The position numbers and the translations under genes were made by a program. From the NCBI GenBank assembly GCA_964565425.1, contig CAZMEZ010000004.1:24907-88906 (forward strand): 64,000 bases of DNA, given 5' to 3'. The notes under the pieces are model-generated. The model saw only the letters and a list, made by a program, of their open reading frames with translations, searched no databases and had not been told where the DNA came from. Positions 46,661-54,614 of the stretch are shown here, piece by piece. The stretch comes from an uncultured Planctomycetia bacterium (lineage in GTDB: Bacteria > Omnitrophota > Gorgyraeia > Tantalellales > Tantalellaceae). The first letter of the stretch is position 1. The number at the start of each line of letters is the position of its first letter.

Positions 46661-47701
46661 ATGAACATAGAAAATCTGATAGACAGCCCGTTGAAAAAGG
46701 AAGGGGATATATGGTACGGCCCCGAGGGCGGGTACTGGTCCAACCTGGAGAGGTCCAAGAGTGAGATCTATCTGAAGGACCTGGAGGCCCTGGGTTCGAT
46801 GGAGACCATGAAAAAATATTTTCCGCAGCACGGGGACGTCATTTCCCTGAAAAGGATGGGCGGGGCCGCGACACTTGACCTTGCCCCGGGCGAAAAGGTG
46901 CTTGACGCGGGTTGCATGTGGGGAGCGCTCGCGGTGCCGCTTGCCAGGACACGGGCGGAGGTCATTGCGGTCGACCAGACCAGGGAAAGCATGCTGTTCC
47001 TGGCCAAAAGAAAGGAAGAAGAGGCCCTGGAGAACCTGCACCTGGTGTGCGGCGACCTGAAGGAAATAAAATTCAGGGAGAAGATTTTCGATAAAGTGAT
47101 CGTGAACGGCGTGCTGGAATGGGTCCCCGAAACGCAAACGGTCGAGGTGGGGAATTTTATCAGGCGGAAAAATCCTTTCCTCGAGAACCTGAAACTCCTC
47201 TTCTCGAAGCGGGAGAGAAAGGATTCCCCGAGGGAAAAACAGCGTCGTTTCCTGGGTAAGATACAAAGGGCGCTCAAGGATGACGGCACCCTTTACCTGG
47301 CGATAGAGAACAGGTACGATGTTTTTTATTTCTTCGGTATTCCCGAACCGCATTGCGGGATCAGGTTCATTTCGCTCTTGCCGCGGTGGGCGCAGGACAT
47401 CCTGTCGCTGCTCCTCAGGGGGAGGAGGTTCAGGTTGTGGACTTATTCGAAAAAGGAACTGGAGGACCTGTTGCGCGCGTCCGGGTTCTCGAAAATAAAG
47501 TTCCATTACGCTTTTCCGGATTATAAGGAACCGGAGCAGGTCTTGACGGATGAAGGGATGGAACTCTTCAGGTATTGCAAATCCGCGGGAGATAAGCCGT
47601 TCTATAAAAAGGCCGTCCTGCGGTTTATCGAGGAAGTCGTGTTCAAAAGGATGAAACTGACGTTCTTCGCGCCGAGCTTTATCGTGCACGCGGAGAAGTG
47701 A
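46661..47701 (+). CDS. class I SAM-dependent methyltransferase
   Basis: VLDAGCMWGALAVPLA motif I. The internal ATG 46661 avoids overlap with the upstream gene (the track gives 46577). Confidence 0.7.
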   Translation: MNIENLIDSPLKKEGDIWYGPEGGYWSNLERSKSEIYLKDLEALGSMETMKKYFPQHGDVISLKRMGGAATLDLAPGEKVLDAGCMWGALAVPLARTRAEVIAVDQTRESMLFLAKRKEEEALENLHLVCGDLKEIKFREKIFDKVIVNGVLEWVPETQTVEVGNFIRRKNPFLENLKLLFSKRERKDSPREKQRRFLGKIQRALKDDGTLYLAIENRYDVFYFFGIPEPHCGIRFISLLPRWAQDILSLLLRGRRFRLWTYSKKELEDLLRASGFSKIKFHYAFPDYKEPEQVLTDEGMELFRYCKSAGDKPFYKKAVLRFIEEVVFKRMKLTFFAPSFIVHAEK

Positions 47702-47865
47702 TAAGCAATAAGTGATAGGTGATAGGTAATACGTGGGCGAAAGGCTAGAGGCGAAATTGATTACGAAGATTTTGAAGTAGACGATAATCTTAGATTACGA
47801 AGATGTAATCTCCGCGATCTCATTTAAATCTCGTAATCAACGAAAAACGAATAACGCAATACGAA
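47698..47865 (+). repeat. mosaic spacer B: GTGATAR words, core element and NAACGAA words
   Basis: gtgataa gcaataa gtgatag gtgatag gtaatac, then the core at 47743-47841 (53 nt at 47743-47795 identical to 61580-61632), then caacgaa aaacgaa taacgca atacgaa. Confidence 0.9.
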
Positions 47866-47918
47866 TTTAGCCGGGATCTTAAAGTTTACGGCTTACAGCT
47901 GACAAAGAAAGGTATGAT

Positions 47919-48803
47919 ATGAATATATTCGTGACGGGAGCGGCGGGCATGCTGGCCGAGGATGTAGCGAAGGTCTTTCGGAAAGAAGGACACCGGCTTA
48001 TTTTGACGGACATCAACAAGAGGCTCCCCGATATTGAAGCGCTGGATGTCGCCAATGACGCGGAAGTGCTTCGCCGGATAGAAGAGGCCCGCCCGGATTA
48101 CGTGTTCCACCTGGCGGCGGAAACGAACGTTGACCTCTGCGAGGAAGACCCGGAGCACGCTTACAGGGTGAACGTCAAAGGCACCGGCAACATCGCGCGC
48201 GCTTGCGGCCAGACCGGCGCGGCCATGCTCTATATCTCCAGCGGCGCCATTTTCGACGGGAAAAAAGACGCGCCGTACACGGAGGACGACAAGCCCGCCC
48301 CCGTGAGCGTGTACGGCCGCACCAAGCTTGAGGGGGAATACGAGGTAAAGGGTCTTTTGGAAAAATATTTCATTGTCCGTGCCGGATGGATGATAGGCGG
48401 ATGGGAACTCGATAAGAAGTTCGTGTACAAGATCGTCCGGCAGCTTAAAGAAGGCAGAAAGGAACTCAGGGTCGTGTCCGATAAGTTCGGAAGCCCCACT
48501 TTTACATGGGATTTCGCCGCGAACCTGATGGACCTGGTGAAAAGCGGCAAATTCGGGCTCTATCACATGGCGAATAAAGGCACCTGTTCGCGTTACGATA
48601 TCGCCGTAAAGATCGTGGAATTCATGGGGCTTAAGGGTAAGGTAAAAGTGACCCCGATAAGTTCGGACGAGTTCCCTCTGCCGGCGCCGCGGGCGCGTTC
48701 AGAGATGATAGAGAACCGGAACCTTGAAAAGCTCGGGATAAATAATATGCCGCGCTGGGAGGGATCACTGGCAAGGTATATCAGGGAGAATAAAGACAAG
48801 TAA
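47919..48803 (+). CDS. RmlD-like NAD(P)-dependent sugar-nucleotide reductase (dTDP-4-dehydrorhamnose reductase family)
   Basis: IFVTGAAGMLAEDV, YGRTK, 294 aa. Confidence 0.75.
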   Translation: MNIFVTGAAGMLAEDVAKVFRKEGHRLILTDINKRLPDIEALDVANDAEVLRRIEEARPDYVFHLAAETNVDLCEEDPEHAYRVNVKGTGNIARACGQTGAAMLYISSGAIFDGKKDAPYTEDDKPAPVSVYGRTKLEGEYEVKGLLEKYFIVRAGWMIGGWELDKKFVYKIVRQLKEGRKELRVVSDKFGSPTFTWDFAANLMDLVKSGKFGLYHMANKGTCSRYDIAVKIVEFMGLKGKVKVTPISSDEFPLPAPRARSEMIENRNLEKLGINNMPRWEGSLARYIRENKDK

Positions 48804-48823
48804 GGAGACATTGTTACCGGAAC

Positions 48824-49759
48824 ATGAAGTTTTCGATCACCATACCTTTATTTAACGGCGCGAAATTCATAGCGAATACGCTTGATTCGGTCCTGGCGCA
48901 GACATACAAGGATTATGAAGTGATCCTGGTCAACGACGGTTCACCGGATAACATCGGTGAAGTGGTCCGCGAATACATGGGCGCGCACCCCGAAACGCGT
49001 TTTATTTACGTGGAGCAGGAGAACCGCGGGTTGGGAGGGGCGAGGAACACCGCCATAAAGCACGCTTCCGGCGATATCATAGCGATCCTGGACCAGGATG
49101 ACATCTGGTACCCGGAAAAGCTGGAGAGGGTGGCGTATATATACCGGCAGTCCCCCGAAGTCGACGTTGTATGCCACGGCCAGATAGTGCGCCGGGACGG
49201 GAAGGTGGTGCGCATTTTCGATCCCGGTCCGGACAACAATATTCACCGGAGGCTGCTCTTTGTCGATAACATGCTTTCCACCTCGGCTACGACCTTCAGG
49301 AAAGCCATTATAGATGAAATAGGGGGTTTTTCGGAGGACAGGGAGAACTTTCATTTCGCCGAGGACTATGACCTTTGGCTGAGGATGGCGGATAAAGGAT
49401 ACAAGTTCCGTTTCACCGGCGAGATCCTCGGCGAATACAGCGAACATGATTCTAATTTTTCACATAATCTGGAAGTGATGCTGGATAGCGAGATAAACGT
49501 TTTATTGAAACATTATAAGTCCTTTAAAAGCAAGAACTTAAAGGATATTTACCTGATGAGGAGGAACCTCGCGGTGGTATATTTCCGCATCTCGAGAAAA
49601 TATTTCCGGCAGAAACGCGCTCTTTACGGTCTCGGATACCTGACAAGGGCTTTCCTGCAGGACCCGTTTTTTATCGTGACATACACACCGCATTACATCG
49701 AGAAGTTAATGCGCAAAAGGGATCCGGAGATCTCGCTCGGAGAAGAATTCCGATCATGA
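48824..49759 (+). CDS. family 2 glycosyltransferase
   Basis: SITIPLFNGAKFI, VNDGSPD, and a DQDD (DxD) motif. Confidence 0.85.
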   Translation: MKFSITIPLFNGAKFIANTLDSVLAQTYKDYEVILVNDGSPDNIGEVVREYMGAHPETRFIYVEQENRGLGGARNTAIKHASGDIIAILDQDDIWYPEKLERVAYIYRQSPEVDVVCHGQIVRRDGKVVRIFDPGPDNNIHRRLLFVDNMLSTSATTFRKAIIDEIGGFSEDRENFHFAEDYDLWLRMADKGYKFRFTGEILGEYSEHDSNFSHNLEVMLDSEINVLLKHYKSFKSKNLKDIYLMRRNLAVVYFRISRKYFRQKRALYGLGYLTRAFLQDPFFIVTYTPHYIEKLMRKRDPEISLGEEFRS

Positions 49760-51228
49760 AAATATTGTTCGTTTATCCGGGATATATCGTTAGAGAAGTG
49801 CCGCTTAACGTGATGTACGTGAGCGCGGCTATTGAAAAAGCCGGGCACCAGAGTCGTCTCTTTCACTTCAGTCCTTACCGCAGGCTTACCTGGACCAAGG
49901 ATGTCGCGGAAAGGATCGAAGAAGGTTTTCTGGAGATGATGAACGATTTCAAGCCGGATCTCGTGGCCTTCTCGGTAATGGTCCAGGATTATAACATAAC
50001 GAAATGGCTCTCCTGGCTTGCGCGTGATCGTTACAAATTACCGGTGGTATGGGGAGGCATACAGCCTATCCTTGAGCCCGACCGGAGCATAAGCGAACCC
50101 GAAGTGGATTACATATGCACGGGCGAGGGAGAGAGGGTATTCCCGGAATTCCTTGACCGGCTCCAGAGGGGCAGAGGATCGATGGAAGTGCCGGGTATCT
50201 GGGGCAAAGACGCCTCGGGAACGGTTTACCGCAACGGCCGGCCGGACTTGATCGAGGACCTGGATGAATTGCCGTTCCCGAACAGGGATCTTTTTGAGCC
50301 CGGGTATTACCGCGCGGAATTGACCGGGGCTAATATCCTCACGGCGCGCGGATGTCCTTTTCCCTGCAGCTTCTGCCAGAACAAGGCGCTGATAGAGACT
50401 TACAGGGGTAAAGGGAAGTTCATACGCTACAGGAGTTTTGATAACGTGTTCCGTGAGATGGAAGAGGTCATTGAAAAATACCAGGCGCCGTCATTCTATT
50501 TTTCCGACGAAATGTTCACGCTTAATAAGCAACGGGCGCTGGATTTCTGCCGGGAATACAAAAACCGCATCAATAAACCTTTTATGGTGCAGACCCGCGC
50601 TGATTACGTGGACGAAGAACTGGCGCGCGCTTTGAGCGGAGCCGGATGCGCAATGGTTAACATGGCCATCGAAAGCGGAAACGAACATATACGGAACAAT
50701 GTCCTCAAAAAGAGCATACCGACGGAAAAGATAATGCGCGCTTATAAGCTTATGGACGATTACGGCATGATGTCCAGCAGTTTTAACATGATAGGCGTGC
50801 CGGGGGAGACTTTAGATACCATCTGGGATACCATCGAGATAAACAAAAAGCTTAAACCGGACCGTATATTGTGCTCCATATTCATGCCCCTGCCGGGCAC
50901 CGAACTCGGTGATTACTGCAAAAAGACCAGGCTGATAACGGAGGATGTGGCGGAGACTACGAATTATTATTCACAGGTCACTATCAGGAATCCCAACCTG
51001 TCGGCGCGGACGCTTATCGGTTACCAGGGGTTTTTCGACTGGTTCGTGCTTCTCCCGACCAAATTCCACGGGCTGGTGCATGTTCTGAGGATGATCTATC
51101 AGGGGCTTGTTACGCCGAAAATACCCAAAAACCCGATAAAAAGGAAACTGAGGGAAATGATCGTTGAGGCGGTGTACCAGATGAAAGCTTATCTGCCTCA
51201 AAAGAAATTTCACGCTAAAACGCGTTAG
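49756..51228 (+). CDS. B12-binding-domain radical SAM protein (paralogue 4)
   Basis: B12-domain N-terminus and ARGCPFPCSFCQN. The ATGA overlaps the GT2 gene. Confidence 0.85.
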   Translation: MKILFVYPGYIVREVPLNVMYVSAAIEKAGHQSRLFHFSPYRRLTWTKDVAERIEEGFLEMMNDFKPDLVAFSVMVQDYNITKWLSWLARDRYKLPVVWGGIQPILEPDRSISEPEVDYICTGEGERVFPEFLDRLQRGRGSMEVPGIWGKDASGTVYRNGRPDLIEDLDELPFPNRDLFEPGYYRAELTGANILTARGCPFPCSFCQNKALIETYRGKGKFIRYRSFDNVFREMEEVIEKYQAPSFYFSDEMFTLNKQRALDFCREYKNRINKPFMVQTRADYVDEELARALSGAGCAMVNMAIESGNEHIRNNVLKKSIPTEKIMRAYKLMDDYGMMSSSFNMIGVPGETLDTIWDTIEINKKLKPDRILCSIFMPLPGTELGDYCKKTRLITEDVAETTNYYSQVTIRNPNLSARTLIGYQGFFDWFVLLPTKFHGLVHVLRMIYQGLVTPKIPKNPIKRKLREMIVEAVYQMKAYLPQKKFHAKTR

Positions 51229-51244
51229 TGAGCAGGGATATCTT

Positions 51245-52591
51245 ATGGCAAAAGTACTTTTAATATCACCGCCGTTCTACAGGCTGATGAGGAGCCATTA
51301 TAACGGCCTGGACCTGGGGCTTTCTTACATAGCTTCTTTTCTCAGGCGCGGCGGCCATGAGGTCGTCATATATAACGCCGATTTTTACGACGACGACCAT
51401 TACCTGGACCAGAGGCGGCTTTTCGCCAATTTCGATCATTTCAAGATCGCCCTGGATAACCTGGAACATCCGATCTGGAGAGAAGTCCGGTTCGCGATAG
51501 GGGATATCGCTCCCGACTTCATCGGCATACAGGTCTATACCGGGACCTTCATCAGCGCCGGGAATGTAGCCGCTATAGCCAGGGAGGTGGACCCCGTCGT
51601 GAAGATAATAGCGGGCGGGACCCATCCGACGCTTGACCCCGCGGGCACCATCAAGTCAGGGGTATATGATTACGTGGTCAGGGGTGAAGGCGAGCAGGTC
51701 ATGCTGGATATAGCCAACAACGCGGATCCCCGCGGGATCAAAAGCCTGACGTTCATAGACAGTGACGGGAAGGTCGTGAACAACGATCACAACGGGTTCA
51801 TCGAAGACCTCGATTCGCTCCCATTCCCTATGAGGGACGGGTTTTATCCCGCGAAGGGTAAGGTGGACGTGGGCGCCGTCATCACGTCCCGTGGCTGTCC
51901 TTTTGAATGCACTTATTGCGCTTCACCGCGGATATGGGAGAGGAAAGTGCGGTACAGGAGCGTCGATAACGTGCTGGCGGAGCTGGAATACATGGTCAAG
52001 GCCCGCGGCGTTGAGCTGGTCAGGTTCCAGGATGACACCTTCACCCTCAATAAGGCAAGGACCATGGAAATACTGGACAAGATGATGACAAAAGGGCTTA
52101 ACGTCAAGTGGCTCTGCGATACCAGGATAGACGTTCTGGACGCAGAGATGCTCAGGATGATGAAACGGTCGGGGTGCGTCAGGCTTAAGACCGGCGTGGA
52201 ATCCGGAAGCGATAAGATACTTAAGAAGATAAAAAAAGGCATCTCGGTCGACCAGGTCAAAAAAACCGTAAAACTTATAAAGAACACGGGCATACCCCTG
52301 ACGGCATATTTCATGATAGGTTTTCCCGGAGAGACGGACGAAGACATTAGAAAGACGATAGGGCTCGCCGACGAGATCAACGCTGATTACAACAGCTTGA
52401 GCATCGTCGCGCCATATTTCGGCACGCAGGTTTACAAAGACCTCATTGATTCGGGGTTCGATTTTACGAAGCCGCACTGGGAATATTTTTACCACCAGAG
52501 CAAGGAGATGATACTCAACGCGAATATTTCCAAGCATCTTATAGACGAATTTTTCAGTCTTAACGAAAAAAGCAGGGAAGGAAGAATATGA
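51245..52591 (+). CDS. B12-binding-domain radical SAM protein (paralogue 5)
   Basis: MAKVLLISPPF start and SRGCPFECTYCAS. Confidence 0.85.
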   Translation: MAKVLLISPPFYRLMRSHYNGLDLGLSYIASFLRRGGHEVVIYNADFYDDDHYLDQRRLFANFDHFKIALDNLEHPIWREVRFAIGDIAPDFIGIQVYTGTFISAGNVAAIAREVDPVVKIIAGGTHPTLDPAGTIKSGVYDYVVRGEGEQVMLDIANNADPRGIKSLTFIDSDGKVVNNDHNGFIEDLDSLPFPMRDGFYPAKGKVDVGAVITSRGCPFECTYCASPRIWERKVRYRSVDNVLAELEYMVKARGVELVRFQDDTFTLNKARTMEILDKMMTKGLNVKWLCDTRIDVLDAEMLRMMKRSGCVRLKTGVESGSDKILKKIKKGISVDQVKKTVKLIKNTGIPLTAYFMIGFPGETDEDIRKTIGLADEINADYNSLSIVAPYFGTQVYKDLIDSGFDFTKPHWEYFYHQSKEMILNANISKHLIDEFFSLNEKSREGRI

Positions 52592-53748
52592 AGATGGAGA
52601 TACCGTTACTGAGACTTCAGTACGATGAAGACGACATAAGCTATATAAGGAAAGAGATCGAGAAGGTCCTGAAGAGCGGATACCTCACCATGGGTTCCAG
52701 GGTAAGGGAATTCGAGGAAAGGTTCGCCGATTTTTGCGGGGTAAAGTACGCTGTCGCCACCAATTCCGGGACCAGTTCCATCGAGATAATACTGCGGGCG
52801 ATAGGGGTAGAGGGCTCCACCGTCATAGTCCCGTCCAACACCTACATGGCCACGCCCATCGCGGTGGTGAAAGCGGGCGGGAGAGTGATCTTCGCCGAAT
52901 GCCGCAGGGACGATTTTCAGCTGGACCCGGACGATATCGAAGGGAAGATACAGTCCGATACGAAAGGGGTGATCATAGTGCACATAGGCGGCATCATTTC
53001 TCCGCATTTCGACAGGATAAAAGAGATATGCGAGAAAAGAGGCCTCTTTCTGATCGAGGACGCCGCGCACGCCCATGGAGCGACGATAGACGGCAGGATG
53101 GCGGGATCTTTGGCGTTTGCCGGATCCTTTTCGTTCTACCCCACGAAGGTCCTTACTACCGCTGAAGGCGGCATGATGACCACGGATAGCGGGGAACTTT
53201 ACAAAAAAGCGCTTATTCTCAGGGAGCACGGTAAGGCCGACCATGATTTTAACGTCCATACGGAGTTCGGGGACAACTGGAGGTTCAGCGAGATACACGC
53301 CGTTCTGGGGATAAGACAGATGGAAAAAGCCGGATGGATCCTTGACGAAAGACGGAAGATAGCGAGATTCTATGATGAGAGATTGGCGGGAGCTGAAGGG
53401 ATCAGGCTCCTCGGCATCCCTTCCAACATAGAACCCTCTTATTACAAGTATATCGTCTATCTGGATGACAGGCTTAAGAGGGACGAGTTGAAAACGCTCA
53501 TGAAGGAAAGATACGGAGTTTCGCTCACAGGGGAAGTGTATTCAGACCCGTGTCACAGTCAGCCGGTATTCAGGAAATACCCGGATAAAATAGCGAACCG
53601 GGAAGATGACAGATTCCCCGAAACGGAGTACGTGTGCAGGCAGCATATATGCCTGCCGTTGTATCCCGGCCTTTCGGAGAAGGAAGCGGAATATGTGGTA
53701 TCGTCCCTTAAGGAGGCAGTGAATGAATGTCTTGATAACAGGCGGTAG
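52588..53748 (+). CDS. DegT/DnrJ/EryC1/StrS-family sugar aminotransferase
   Basis: PLP-Lys context FSFYPTKVLTTAEGG. Confidence 0.85.
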   Translation: MKMEIPLLRLQYDEDDISYIRKEIEKVLKSGYLTMGSRVREFEERFADFCGVKYAVATNSGTSSIEIILRAIGVEGSTVIVPSNTYMATPIAVVKAGGRVIFAECRRDDFQLDPDDIEGKIQSDTKGVIIVHIGGIISPHFDRIKEICEKRGLFLIEDAAHAHGATIDGRMAGSLAFAGSFSFYPTKVLTTAEGGMMTTDSGELYKKALILREHGKADHDFNVHTEFGDNWRFSEIHAVLGIRQMEKAGWILDERRKIARFYDERLAGAEGIRLLGIPSNIEPSYYKYIVYLDDRLKRDELKTLMKERYGVSLTGEVYSDPCHSQPVFRKYPDKIANREDDRFPETEYVCRQHICLPLYPGLSEKEAEYVVSSLKEAVNECLDNRR

Positions 53749-54592
53749 CGGTTTTATAGGCAGCCATGTGGTGGATAAACTCATGGAAGCGGGGTATAAA
53801 GTGCGCGTGCTTGACGTCAAAGCGCCTTATCGCGATGACGTGGAGTTCATGAAGGGAGATGTCCTTTCGAGGCCGGTCCTGGCCAAAGCCCTGAACGGCA
53901 TGGAGGTCGTCTATCATTTAGCGGGTTTTTCCGATATAAACCTCGTGAAAGGCGATCCGGTCCGGACGATAGAATCCAATATTCTGGGCACGGCCTATCT
54001 TCTCGAAGAATGCCGTAAAGCGGGGGTGAAACGTTTTCTTTTCGCGAGCAGCGTTTACGCGCACAGCCGGAAAGGTCACCTCTATACGACCTCAAAACTT
54101 TCCTCGGAGATGCTTTGCGGGGATTACAACACCCTTTACTCCCTCCCGTATACCGTTCTGCGGTATGGCACCGCTTACGGGCCCCGGAGCCGCGAAGCCG
54201 ACGTCATATCGATCTTCGTTGAAAGGGCGCTCAAGGATCAGGATCTGGTCATCCATGGTTCCGGCGGCCAGAAAAGGAATTTTATATATGTCGAGGACAT
54301 GGCATCGGGAAGCGTAGCGGCATTAAAAAAGGGGGGCGAGAATAAAACGTATGTTTTCGCGGGCACCGAGACCGTTTCTATCCGGAGCCTGGCTGAGATC
54401 GTGAAGGGCGAAATAAATGACCGGGTGAAGATACTGTTGGATGTTTCCGGGGAAAGGGAGGACGATTACCAGGGCGAGCTCGATGGCCTGGAAAAGACCA
54501 TCGCCGAGTTGGACTGGACGCCGGCGACTTCCCTGCCGGAGGGTATACGGAAGTACGGCGAGTGGTACAGCAGCAAGTATTCGTTGAAATGA
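53723..54592 (+). CDS. NAD-dependent sugar epimerase/dehydratase (SDR)
   Basis: ITGGSGFIGSH and YTTSK. It overlaps the upstream gene by 26 nt. Confidence 0.8.
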   Translation: MNVLITGGSGFIGSHVVDKLMEAGYKVRVLDVKAPYRDDVEFMKGDVLSRPVLAKALNGMEVVYHLAGFSDINLVKGDPVRTIESNILGTAYLLEECRKAGVKRFLFASSVYAHSRKGHLYTTSKLSSEMLCGDYNTLYSLPYTVLRYGTAYGPRSREADVISIFVERALKDQDLVIHGSGGQKRNFIYVEDMASGSVAALKKGGENKTYVFAGTETVSIRSLAEIVKGEINDRVKILLDVSGEREDDYQGELDGLEKTIAELDWTPATSLPEGIRKYGEWYSSKYSLK

Positions 54593-54614
54593 AAAACGCA
54601 GAGGCTCCTGAAAA

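Noticed and set aside
37943-47701. Calling the phosphonate block a fosfomycin (antibiotic) biosynthetic gene cluster.
   Set aside because: No HppE-type epoxidase, FomD-type hydrolase or FomA/FomB-type resistance kinases were recognised. The block is embedded in a glycan operon and ends in transferases. A conjugated phosphonate is therefore more plausible than a free antibiotic.
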